Assembly: GCA_030390025.1 (NCBI GenBank)
Contig: CM059432.1
Location: 141,796,001 to 141,860,000 of the forward strand
Length of the DNA: 64,000 nt
Direction: 5' to 3'
Origin: Squalus acanthias
Taxonomy: Eukaryota
In this document: positions 12,961-24,697 of the stretch, one piece after another
Layout of the letters: every line of letters begins with the position of its first letter
How positions within the stretch are numbered: the stretch's first letter is position 1
Program-made: the position numbers and the translations under genes
Notes under the pieces: generated by a model
What the model saw: the letters and a program-made list of their open reading frames with translations, nothing else
Databases searched by the model: none
What the model was told of the DNA's origin: nothing

Positions 12961-13454
12961 TTTTAGGCTGGTATTTTGCCCTCTTCCTCGGACAGTGTAT
13001 TTGGTAAGTAAAAGCCAGTCACGGTCTATCTAGTAGGTCTGTGGCAAAAAGGCTATTCTGAGGTATAACAAACAAGTGTATGCTTAATTTTCAACTGATT
13101 TTCCCCCACTCCAAAATAACTAATCAAAAAAAATCACAGATAAATTATTCAATTTGCTCTACAGAAACCCGCAACTCTTATCATCTGAAACATAATTAAG
13201 TTTCATCAGTTATGCAAATGAAACAGATCAGGTACAGACAATATATATGACTACATATAAACAGAACACATTGTACCTTGCTGACAAGTTGACGCATATC
13301 AAATAAAACCAACTGTTCATTGCGAAGGCCAACTAATTCTTACACAAGTATGTTGCAAGATTAAACATGTGAGGAGGAGGAAGAGATTCCACAGTTAATA
13401 CATAATGGATATTCAATCCCATTAAAGTCCACTAGATGCAAATGTTTAACTTAC

Positions 13455-13583
13455 CTCTACACCCACAACTAACAGGACAAGCTGTATACTGTTTCCCTGA
13501 AAAAGCCCCTTCACTTGGGGCGACATCCCAATCAGTGCACAGTTGGTCATCACCGAGATAACTCCCATAGTTTCGAAGGCCAA
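13455..13583 (-). CDS. ANO10: ANO10 coding exon, 129 bp
   Basis: [46 protein letters not shown] acceptor, GTAAGT donor. Confidence 0.96.
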
Positions 13584-13949
13584 CTATATAAAAACAAAAG
13601 TACATTGGGATTTGCTCAATGAAAGCTCGTTAATAGCAAATCAGAAAAACAAATGCATTCAAGTTACTTTGAGATCACATGGACTAAAATCAGTTAACAA
13701 AATATTTAAAATAATGAAGATTCTGTAAGGATTAGAATGTTTTGTCCAAAAATTAATCCCACACACAAAGACTTTCAGTATAATAAATAACAATACTTAT
13801 TAAAGATAATCAAGTACTCAAAAGGAACTAATAAATCACAAACCTTATAAGTTAAAATCCAAACAGAAGTTCGTGAAAATTCTCCACCCCAAAACAACTG
13901 ATCAACCAAACCTGCAGAACTTGTCTAATCTTACACCAACTTTGTATCC

Positions 13950-15082
13950 GCCCATCACCTGCCAACCTTGCATCCCCCATCACCTGCCAACCTTGCGTCT
14001 CCCCATCACCTGCCAACCTTGCGTCTCCCCATCACCTGCCAACCTTGCGTCCCCCCATCACCTGCCAACCTTGCGTCTCCCCATCACCTGCCAACCTTGC
14101 GTCTCCCCATCACCTGCCAACCTTGCGTCCCCCCCATCACCTGCCAACCTTGTCTCCCCATCACCTGCCAACCTTGCATCCCCATCACCTGCCAACCTTG
14201 CGTCTCCCCATCACCTGCCAACCTTGTCTCCCCATCACCTGCCAACCTTGCGTCCCCCCATCACCTGCCAACCTTGTCTCCCCATCACCTGCCAACCTTG
14301 TCTCCCCATCACCTGCCAACCTTGTCTCCCCATCACCTGCCAACCTTGTCTCCCCATCACCTGCCAACCTTGCGTCCCCCCATCACCTGCCAACCTTGTC
14401 TCCCCATCACCTGCCAACCTTGTCTCCCCATCACCTGCCAACCTTGTCTCCCCATCACCTGCCAACCTTGCGTCGCCCCATCACCTGCCAACCTTGTCTC
14501 CCCATCACCTGCCAACCTTGTCTCCCCATCACCTGCCAACCTTGTCTCCCCATCACCTGCCAACCTTGCGTCTCCCCATCACCTGCCAACCTTGCGTCTC
14601 CCCATCACCTGCCAACCTTGCGTCTCCCCATCACCTGCCAACCTTGCGTCTCCCCATCACCTGCCAACCTTGCGTCTCCCCATCACCTGCCAACCTTGTC
14701 TCCCCATCACCTGCCAACCTTGTCTCCCCATCACCTGCCAACCTTGTCTCCCCATCACCTGCCAACCTTGTGTCTCCCCATCACCTGCCAACCTTGTGTC
14801 TCCCCATCACCTGCCAACCTTGTGTCTCCCCATCACCTGCCAACCTTGTGTCTCCCCATCACCTGCCAACCTTGTCTCCCCATCACCTGCCAACCTTGCG
14901 TCCCCCCATCACCTGCCAACCTTGTGTCGCCCCATCACCTGCCAACCTTGTGTCGCCCCATCACCTGCCAACCTTGTGTCGCCCCATCACCTGCCAACCT
15001 TGTGTCGCCCCATCACCTGCCAACCTTGTGTCTCCCCATCACCTGCCAACATTGTGTCGCCCCATCACCTGCCAACCTTGTA
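13950..15082. repeat. Minisatellite, 24-27 bp unit CCCCATCACCTGCCAACCTTG(CG/TG)TCT, roughly 45 copies
   Basis: Directly visible tandem array. Confidence 0.97.
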
Positions 15083-15874
15083 TCTACCCACTATGTATAA
15101 AGGTGCACGTTCACTTATTAGTTTCTCATGTTTTTAATTCTTGGTATAATCATCTAACGGATAGATGTGACAGTAGTCACGTACACCTGGGACTTTTAAG
15201 GTTGTAAAAGGGATACTTCGAGTCGCTCCGTCAGTACAGCCCCTGGGAGCATTCAAGATAGAAGTGGTCCAGCTTAATGAAATTACTAGTGTTTGTCTCC
15301 CAGATCAATAATGTATGATCGGTTTATGTCCATTGAACGCAGCTCGAAGGTGGTGGAGTGTCTCATTTTAAAGTTTAAACTCAAGGCTCTACAAAGCTTA
15401 CAACCCTCAAATTTGAATAATCTAACAAGTAATGCATACCAACAGGACCAACTCAGTTCGTTAACAAATTTAAATTTAAAGATAGGATTTTGAACAAGAA
15501 TTTATTTATTTACATTAACCGTGCTCTTGCAAAAACTGGTCGTCCATCATTGTTAGGACAAGAGAAGAAAGATGTCCTCACTGCACATAACTACTTTGAA
15601 AGCCAAATTACTAAATACAACTCTTAAAAGAACTTTTTAAAATACATGCACGTGTCACATAACAAAGGTTCAAAGCTCGAAGCCTCTAGATTATAACCAT
15701 TCTAAGCTAAAAATGCAGGATTTATTAGTATCTTGTATGCAGGGTCTCCGTTTACAAAATAGTGCAGGCATTAGGTTCCTGCTGGTGGCGCTATCGAGTC
15801 ATGCTGCATCATTTGTATAAGTAGGCCCTGGACATTCTCTGTATAATATAAATCTTTGTGAATTGCACAGGAAC

Positions 15875-16336
15875 ATATAAAAACTTACATTTATATAGCA
15901 CATTTAATGTAGCAAAACGTCCCAAGGTGCTTAACAAGAGCGATATCAATAAAAACATTTTTGACACCGAGCCACAGAAGGAGATATCAGGACAGGCGAC
16001 CAAAAGCTTGGTCAAGGAGGTAGGTTTTAAGGAGCGTCTTAAAGGAGGAGAGAGAGGTAGAGAGGCGGAGAGGTTTAGAGAGGGAATTCCAGAGCTGAAG
16101 GCCTGGACAGCTGAAGGCACGGCCGCCAATGGTGGAGCGATTAAAATCGGGGATGCGCAAGAGGCCAGAATTGGAGGAGTGCAGAGATCTCGGAGGGTTG
16201 TAGGGCTGGAGGAGGTTACAAAGACAGGGAGAGGGGAGAGGGTAGAGGTCATGGAGGGATTTGAAAACAAGGATAAGAATTTTAAAATTGAGAATTGTCG
16301 GACCGGGAGCCAGTGAAGATCTGCGGGCACAGGAGT
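15875..16336 (-). mobile_element. L2-clade LINE 3' fragment
   Basis: LHWLPV...FKILILVFKSLH...GGRAFS...LWNSL...FKTLLKTYL and L2 tail. Confidence 0.85.
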
Positions 16337-16911
16337 GTTTAAAAAAAAACACCACATTACTGTTTTTTTTTTAAAAGTTCGTTGCCGGAGGCTCGATTTA
16401 AATTAATTTTTCAGGTTTGTGCTTATTACTGATTGCTTGTTGCTGCAGAGAACTGTCCAAACTTGGATCCCAAATTGAAGGCTACATGGTAACTGTGGCT
16501 CTTATAAACCCGGAATATTAGAAAGCCTCTGCGTAAATAGTATTGGAGTTGGGTCTACGAAAATGGCAACTGCATTTAAGTTGGAAATGTGCAGGTAATG
16601 CTGTGCTTAAAACTTGGAACCTGGCACACACTACTTTTATCATAGCAATTCCTCATTCCTGTTACCTTATCTCTCTACCTCTCTCCCTCCTCCCTCAAGG
16701 TGCTCCTTAAAATCTACCAAACTTTATGTGGCTTGGTGTCAATTTTGTCCGATTACGCTCTTGTGAAGCACCTTGGGACATTTTCCTACGTTAAAGGCGC
16801 TGTATAAAATGAAAGTTATCACACTGCGCTTTCTTCCGGAGTTAATTGCTGCCCAACCAAGTAAATCCAATTGTCCACAGGTCTGATTTTAACCCTACAT
16901 TTTAATACATT

Positions 16912-19711
16912 TGCCCGGATTTTGCAATAGGAATAACGGGGAGGCTAACAGCGCTCACCATTACGATGGAATAAATCGGCAGCAACTTCGGGCATCCGCA
17001 CATGCACATTTAAACGGGGAAATCCGGAAGTTGCTGTCAGGCATACGCCGCTCCTCCACAGGGTGCATTGTTGCAGTCCTCACCGACAGTCTTGGCATTG
17101 AAAGACATGCAATGGCGTTAACTTGGGTTACTTGCCTACTAGCTCCCAATAAAGACGCTATAAAAAGTTGGGGCTGGTGCATTCAGCAGTAAGTGAATTT
17201 TTAATAGCGTGATAATTGATAATTACTGCCAGACCACCTCTCTGGCCCCGAAAATTTAATTTTACAAGCGTGGAGTCTCACTCCAGAAGTTAATTAGTGT
17301 TGGAGAATTTTTTTTGAATTAAAATTTTTTAATTTTTTTTTACTTTTTCTGTTTGTCTCTTTTATCTCTCTGCCTTAATCCCATCTGTCTTCCCCAATCA
17401 TTATTCCACTTTCTGTACATGATTTAAATCTAATTTATACTTCCCGCTTTATACTTCTTGGTTTAGCCTCTACGGGCTCGATTTTAATTCCCGAGGCGGG
17501 TTGGAGTCGGGTTGAGTGGTGGGCGGGTTCGAGAGCCACTTCCGGCGGGATCAGCTGCAGAGTTGCGATTTTTATTAAAGTACCTTGTTAATTTCAAGGA
17601 GGCGCGCTGGGCGGTCCAATGAGTGGGATCGGGTCGGCTGGCCACCTCTGATGACATCATAATAGCAGCTCCTTTTAAAGCTGCCATCCAGCCTGAGCCT
17701 TTCCATTGTGGTTTCCTGCACTTGATTTAAACGCTATGACTTCTTCCAGAGGCAAGGCAGCTCCTCGTTTTAATGATGAGTCCCTCCAAGTTCTTCTGGA
17801 TGCTGTCAGAGGGCGCAGGGAGATTCTCTTCCCTCCTGATGGCCGGAGGAAGCCTCCTCAGCAGACCAAGGCAGCCTGGCTGCGCATTGCTCAGGAGGTG
17901 AGCTCAAGGTCCATTTATGCACGCTCATGGATCCAGTGCCGCAAAAGGTTTAATGATCTTGTGAGATCATCAAAAGTGAGGATCCCATCTCGCTTGCCTT
18001 CACTCTGCTTCCCTTCTCTTCTCATCACCAGCACTCTGCGTTGGAAGCCTCCTCCTTCACATCCCACCTTACTCTTACTTCCCTTGCACCCTTTCCTATC
18101 CATCACTGTCTCTGCACTGAATCACTTCACCATCCTGCCTATGCACCCTTTAGACTCTCTCTCACTGTCATGCAGTGACAACAACTAACAACGCACAGGG
18201 AGCGAGCTTCCTCTTGGCACCTTACCCCATCTTCGTCTCACTCACAGCTTCTATGGTAGGGATTAATCACACTCACTCCATCACTGTGGCTGAAACACTG
18301 CTTGTGTCCCTCCTTACAGGAAAAGATAGCCCACAATAAGAGGGAGAGAGCACTGACTGGAGGAGGAACAGCTACCCTTGCAACATTGACCAGTGCTGAG
18401 GAGACATAAACGAGATTGTTGGAGGTGGCGAGGACCTGGAAGTGGGTGATGGAGAGACAGGCACACTAGAGGAAGCTGGTGACATAATAGAGTTTCATCC
18501 CTCTCAGAAAACAATGCAATATGATGTTCATAGAGAATCGCTTTGTATCACCTGCTCAAAAGGATGTGTCTGCTACATCAATATCAGATGTCTAATTCAA
18601 GCCTTTACTCTCACACAGGACCATCGAGCGCCCCCCTCCCCACGATCCAGGATGAAGAGCCGGACATCTCCTCAGGAGGAACCTGAAGCCTCTGAGGGAG
18701 CAGCGTCACCAGGACTCAGCGCACCCAGCACCAGACACCTCGGTGGGGCCATCGCGAGTTACAGCAGTGTTGCCACCTGGTCTATCACAGCGCACAAGTG
18801 AGCATCAGCAGATGGTGGAGACAGCAACAGCAGTGGAGAGTCCTCCTCGGAGGTCACAGGACTCTCCTAGCTCTGCTGAGCTGCATGCAGACGCTATGCC
18901 TCTGGGGCCATCCAGAAAAAGAGCGTCTCGGGAAATACAGGAACAAGTGCAGGGTGTCTCTGGACGGGTTTGCCTCCAGGGTTAGTAAGAGTGTGGAGAG
19001 AATGGAGAGTCCATCTCTAACATCAGCACTGCCGTGGGGGAGGCAATGGCGCATGAACGCACCACCATGGATAGGACGGCAACCTCCGTGGAAAAGATGG
19101 CTATGGCCATGGAGGAAATAAGTCGCCAGAGTCAAGAAAACATGGTGACTGTTCAGAATTGAATTACATCTCTGGAGGAGCGATGGGCAGCTATTGAGCA
19201 GAGAGACCAGAGCTTCATGGAAGTCCTTTTGAAGAGGATGTTTCAGGCATACAAACCAATGCATACAAACCATGTCCTCCAGCAACTCGTCTCCTTGAAC
19301 CTGGCCTGTTTCTGACTAGTTGGGAAACAGGAGCCAGAAGCAGGAAAATGGGAAACCACTATGAAAATAGGAATAGCAAGGCAGTTAACAGGCTGTTAAC
19401 TGCCTTAACTACCTGTCCCACCGGTTGGAGACGGGTCAAGGATTTTCCCAACAGACCTGCCTCCAAACCCGCCTCCTCAGGGCTATTAAAGTCGAGCCCG
19501 ACGCGTCTCAGTGAGGATTCTTCAATCTGATTGGTTGAAGAGCCTCACTGTTACTTGACCTGCTCACAGACGCGACAGATCCCCTGTAGAGGGCGCCGTG
19601 CTGGATCAGACCAAGTCTCCGCTCAAAAGCCCGCAAAAAATTGTGCGTGCAGCGGTCACCGAGATGAACGGCGAGTGTCGTCCCTTCGCCGCTGACCGCA
19701 AAATCCGGGCC
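16912..19711. mobile_element. Non-autonomous TIR element (outer), interrupted by a Harbinger insertion
   Basis: Perfect 13-bp TIR GCCCGGATTTTGC ... GCAAAATCCGGGC. Confidence 0.75.
17474..19499 (+). mobile_element. PIF/Harbinger-derived element carrying an intron-containing Myb/SANT-like gene remnant
   Basis: TIR GGGCTCGATTTTAAT / ATTAAAGTCGAGCCC (14/15). Exon 17736-17975 encodes APRFNDESLQVLL...AW..IAQEV...RSWIQCRKRFNDL. Next exon from 18320 encodes EKIAHNKRERALTGGG then hits a stop/frameshift. Confidence 0.85.
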
Positions 19712-20264
19712 ACTAATTCTAACCTAAAACTACGCAATTAGTTTACACAGGCACAACAAAAAGAACAACTCTGGTACTGCACCATCAAGGCACATCCTCA
19801 TATTAGGTGATTAGCTCACACAAGCGTAACTTAATTGTTGTTGCAAGGATTAGCTTCCATAATACTTTCAAAGTTCACCGATCTCCATCTTAAACAGTTG
19901 CGTATAACAGTACAACATTATCCTTGTCCAGTTCTCAAAATCTCATCTGCTTCCATCCTGAGCCATACAGATCAGGAAAGTCCCGATTTCAATCCCTGGT
20001 CTGTGGTAAATTAGCTGGTATTAAGCTGGGCTTGTGACAGGAGTGCAGCAAATCAATTCAAGAGCTAGTGGCAGAGAAGTCCACATTCTGACCACATTTA
20101 TGGAAAGAATTTTTTCTAGCAACGACAGCTTGTATTTATCTATCGCTTTTAATGTAGTAAAACGTCCCTTGGCACTTCACGGGAGCGTTATGAAACAAAA
20201 TTTGACACTGAGCCGCATAAGGCGATTTTAGGACAGATGACCAAAAGCTTGCAAAGAAAAAGAA

Positions 20265-20662
20265 AAAGACTTGCATTTATACAGTGCCTCTTACGACCAC
20301 CGGACATCTCAAAGCGCTTTACAGCCGATGAAGTATTTTTGAAGTGGAGTCACTGTTTGTAATGTGGGAAACGCGGCAGCCAATTTGCGCACAGCAAGCT
20401 CCCACAAACAGCAATGTGATAATGACCAGATAATCTGTTTTTGTTATGTTGGTTGAGTGATAAATATTGGCCCAGGACACCGGAGATAACTCCCCTGCTC
20501 TTCTTCGAAATAGTGCCATGGGAGCTTTTACGACCACCTGAGAGCAGACGGGGCCTCGGTTTAACGTCTCATCCGAAAGACGGCACCTCCGACAATGCAG
20601 CACTCCCTCACAACCTTCAGACTCAGAAGCGAATGTGCTACCAATCGAGCCACAGTTGACAC
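20265..20662 (-). mobile_element. Deu-domain SINE inserted in an L2 tail fragment (20120-20703)
   Basis: tRNA-like head, Deu core and tail; the host L2 text ACCAAAAGCTTG|GTCAAAGAGG resumes after it. Confidence 0.8.
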
Positions 20663-21348
20663 TTGGTCAAAGAGGTAAGTTTTAAGGAGCGTCTTAAAAG
20701 GAGGTTTTCTTTTGTGATTATCTTAAATGCGTACCCTCTCACTGACCAATGTATCGCTGTTGCAAGTTGTTAAATACATTATCATAACAGCAGCAGAATC
20801 CATAAATTCTTTTAAAAGGGAACTGTTGCTTGAAAAAGATGACTATTAAAGGATAGGAGGAGCAAGCAGGAGAGTGGGATTATATAGGGTGGTTCATTTG
20901 AAGAAAAACACCGGCACAGAGTTGATGGGGCGAGTGGCCGGTTTCTGTGCTGGAAATATTGGATCATTCTATGCAAAGGCCCTCGTCAAAATACTGCAAC
21001 AGAAACACCATTTCGGAACATACTGGAGAAAAGCTTTCTCGGATATCAAAGAGAACGCTGATAACAAGACATGAAAAGGAACCAAAAATATGAAGCGAGT
21101 CTGTGACAGAAGACAGATTTACGGGGAAAAAAAATCACCCAAGCTGTAATGCAGGGAAATGCTCTTCAAAAGTTAATGAGATTTCCTTATGGTAGAAAAC
21201 AGGCAATATCCCACTTTGTGTGGAGATTGAACAAAAAGAAAAGTGAGATCGTCATCGGACAGTAATGATGATTAAACTATTTCTCATTTTAGGTAGCAAG
21301 GTGCTCACAAGTTGAAATGAAAACAGAACATGCAAGAACTCTGCTTAC

Positions 21349-21540
21349 CAGCCAGACTCCCATGTCAGCTGCAGGCTCGGAGAACGGCCGCTTGAAGACA
21401 CGACACATTTTTAGGGCATCGGAGAAGACTTCTGTGACATTGTTCAAAACTGCCAATATAGCTGCCAGTGGGTAGACACACGAGAAAAGACTGACATAGC
21501 CAAACTGCTGAAATAATTCCAAGTAATCATCAAAGGTTCC
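21349..21540 (-). CDS. ANO10: ANO10 coding exon, 192 bp
   Basis: [67 protein letters not shown] acceptor, GTAAGC donor; carries the anoctamin DDYLE and E..SDA acidic residues. Confidence 0.97.
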
Positions 21541-21621
21541 CTATGAGAGACAAGGGATGGGGGGAAAAAAACAAATTTAAAAACTCTCAATTTTAAAACA
21601 AAACACGGCAAAGCAAGAACT

Positions 21622-21775
21622 GCCAGCCATGGCTCCGTGGGACGTACACTCACCTCCGAGTCAGAAAGCTGTGGGTTCCAGTCCCACTCCAAAGACTTGT
21701 TCATATAATCTAGGCTGACACTCAGTGCAGTACTGAGGGAGCGCTGCACTGTCGGAGGTGCCATCTTTCGGATGA
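21622..21775 (+). mobile_element. Deu-domain SINE, 5' half
   Basis: A/B-box-like head TGGCTCCGTGG...GGTTCCAGTCCC and Deu start GGAGGTGCCATCTTTCGGATGA. Confidence 0.8.
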
Positions 21776-22186
21776 CCTCAGGACATCTCAAAGTGCTTTA
21801 CAATCACTTTGTAATGTAGGAAAAGCGTCGGCCAATTTGCACACAGCAAGGTCCCACAAACAGCAAGGAGATAAAATGACCAGATAATCTGTTTTTAGTG
21901 ATGTTGTTTGAGGGATAAATACTGGCCAGGACACTGTGGAGAACTCCTCCGCTCTTCTTCGAAATAGTGCCATGGGATCTTTTACGTCCGCCTGAGAGAG
22001 AGCAGACGGGGCCCCGGTATAACGTCTCAACCGAAAGACAGCAACCTCAGACAGTGCAGCACTCCCTCAGCACTGCAGTGGGAGTGTCAGCCTGGATTTT
22101 GTGCTCAAGTCTCTGGAGTGGGACTTGAACCCACAACCTTCTGACTCCGAGGCGAGAGTGCTACCAACTGAGCCACAGCTGACACC
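21776..22186 (-). mobile_element. Deu-domain SINE, near full length
   Basis: Head TGGCTCAGTTGGTAGCAC...GGTTCAAGTCCC, Deu core, tail. Confidence 0.88.
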
Positions 22187-22548
22187 TCAAAGAAAATATC
22201 TCAAAGATAAGACCCGAGGAAGAACGCAGCAGTGCTGGGCATGGGGAATGACATGGGATTACTGAGCAAAGAAGCAACAGCTTGGAGGATGAAAGCAGAT
22301 AGGGTTTCAGGAGAATCATAGAAACTCACAGCACAGAAGGAGGCCATTCGGCCCGTTGTGCCTGTGCTGGCTCTTTGAAAGAGCAGTTGTACTTAGAACC
22401 ACACCCCCACTTTGTGTCTGTAACCCTGTAAATTCCTCAAGTACCTGTCCAACTCCCTTTTAAAATTATTTATGGAATCAGCTTCCACACCTTTACAGGT
22501 AGAGCGTTCCAGATCCCGACAACCCTCAGTGAAAAAAATTCTCATCTC

Positions 22549-22740
22549 CAATGTTCCCCGTAGCTTTTTTTTGGGTGCGCGGCTGCGTAGCCCATTCACA
22601 GTTGAACTTTTCAAAGTAGTTTCTCCAGTACGGCCTTATTTTTCTCTGTCCTCCAATATCCCACACATTTAACTTGAAACCATGAGACTCCGTGGGACCG
22701 GCAGAGAGCTGCACAACTGTGCAGTTTATAGGGAACGTTG
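22549..22740. mobile_element. hAT-like MITE (Pack-type) carrying an ARL3 coding fragment
   Basis: TIR CAATGTTCCC / GGGAACGTTG (9/10); perfect 8-bp TSD CTCATCTC at 22541-22548 and 22741-22748. Confidence 0.9.
22609..22690 (-). pseudogene. ARL3: Captured fragment of ADP-ribosylation factor-like 3
   Basis: Translates [26 protein letters not shown], the ARL3 G3 (WDIGGQ)/switch II region; RKIRPYW distinguishes it from ARL2 (KSLRSYW). Confidence 0.9.
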
Positions 22741-22981
22741 CTCATCTCCCCTCTAGATCTTTGCCAATTATTTTAAATCTCTAACCTCTGGCTATTGACC
22801 CACTCGCCAGAGGGAATAATTTTTCTCTATCTAGTCTATAAAAACCTCTAATCATCTTGAAAACCTCTATTAAGTCATCTCAACCTTCTCTGTTTCAAGG
22901 AGAACAGTCCTAACTTTTCCAACTTCTCCACATAACTGAAGTCTCTCATCTCTGGTAACATCCTGGGTAAACCTCCTCTGT

Positions 22982-24697
22982 CTTCTTCTTCTCTTAGGCA
23001 GTCCCTCAGAACCGAGGATGACTTGCTTCCACATTAAAAATGAGTTCTCAGGTGACTGATGAGTCCAATGCGGGACCTACAGTCTCTGTCACAGGTGGGG
23101 CAGACGGTGGTTGAAGGGGCGGGTGGGTGGGGTGCTTGGGTTGACGCGCGCTCTTTCCGCTTGGCTTCCGCTTGCTCCCGGCGAAGAGACTCAAGGTATT
23201 CGGCGCCTTCCCGGATGCTTCTCCTCCACTTTGTACGGTCTTGGGCCAGGGATTCCCAGGTGTCGGTGGGGATGTTGCACTTTTTCAAGGAGGCTTTGAG
23301 GGTGTCCTCGAAGCGTTTCCTCTGCCCACCTGGGGCTCTCTTGCCGTGTCGGAGCTCCGAGCAGAGCGCTTGTTTTGGGAGTCTCGTATCGGGCATGCGG
23401 ACGATGTGACCCGTCCATCGGAGCTGATCGAGCGTGGTCAAAGCTTCGATGCTGGGGATGTTGGCCTGAGCAAGAACACTGACGTTGGTGCGCCTATCCT
23501 GCCAATGGATTTGCAGGATCTTGCGGAGGCAGCGTTGGTGGTACCTCTCCAGTGCTTTGAGGTGCCTGCTGTACATGGTCCATGTCTCTGAGGCATACAG
23601 GAGGGCAGGTATTACTACTGCTCTGTAGACCATGAGCTTGGTGCCGGGTTTGAGGTCCTGGTCTTCAAACACACTCTTCCTCAGGCGACCGAAGGCTGCA
23701 CTGGCACACTGAAGGCGGTGTTGGACTTCGTCATCGATGTCTGCCCTTGTTGACAGTAGGCTCCCGAGATATGGAAAGTGGTCCACGTTGTCCAAGGCCT
23801 TGTCATGGATTTTGATAATCGGGGGGCAGTACTGTGTGGCAGGGGCAGGTTGGTAGAGGACCTTTGTCTTGCGGATGTTTAATGTAAGACCCATGCTCTC
23901 GTACGCTTCGGTGAAGATGTTAACGATGGTTTGGAGTTCGACCTTCGAGTGTGCGCAGATACAAGCGTCGTCTGCATACTGTAAGTCGACGACAGAGGAT
24001 GTGACGACCTTGGATCTGGACTGGAGGCGACGGAGGTTGAACAGTTTCCCATTTGTTCTGTAAATTAGCTCCACTCCAGCGGGGAGCTTACTGAGGGTGA
24101 GATGGAGCATTGCCGCAAGGAAGATCGAGAAGAGCGTTGGAGCGATGACACAGCCTTGCTTGACCCCGGTCCGTACATGAATTGGGTCTGTGGTGGAACC
24201 GTTGGTCAGGATCATGGCTTGCATGTCGTCGTGAAGCAGGCGGAGGATGGTGACAAACTTTTGAGGGCAGCCGAATTTGAGGAGGACACTCCATAATCCC
24301 TCACGGTTGACAGTGTCAAAGAAGGCCATGTACAGCGGTTGGTGCTGTTCCCTGCATTTCTCTTGTAATTGGCGCGCGGTGAAGATCATGTCCATTGTGC
24401 CCCTTAGTGGGCGGAATCCGCATTGCGACTCTGGGAGGAGCTCTTCGGCCACTGGGAGAAGGCGATTGAGGAGGATTCTTGTGATGACTTTCCCTGTGGC
24501 AGACAGCAGGGAAACTCCTCTGTAATTACCGCAATTGGACTTGTCACCTTTCTTGAAGATGGTCACAATTACGGCGTCTCTGAGATCCCCTGGCATGCCC
24601 TCCTCCTTCCAGATAAGAGAAATTAGTTCATGAATTCGCGCTAGTGCTTCTCCGCCATGCTTTAGCGTCTCGGCAGGGATTCCATCTGCTCCCGAGG
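22982..24697 (-). mobile_element. RTE-clade LINE, 5'-truncated
   Basis: About 550 open codons (GADGIPAE, GNYRGVSLLS, GVKQGCVIAPTLF, YADD, RWTGHIVRM, C-terminal CPTC...HLRTH). (AAG)n tail. 10-bp TSD CCTCCTCTGT at 22972-22981 and 24698-24707. Confidence 0.93.

Noticed and set aside
13873..15207. Three overlapping 350-440 aa ORFs
   Set aside because: Translations of the 24-27 bp minisatellite; all three frames give the same repeated peptides.
22100..22186. tRNA genes at SINE heads (also 21622 and 63270-63343)
   Set aside because: A/B boxes run directly into the Deu SINE body, with no complete cloverleaf or terminator.
22526..22714. Functional ARL3 exon or nested gene
   Set aside because: Only about 27 codons match, there are no flanking splice sites at the ARL3 boundaries, no other ARL3 exons are in the window, and it is enclosed by TIRs and a TSD.
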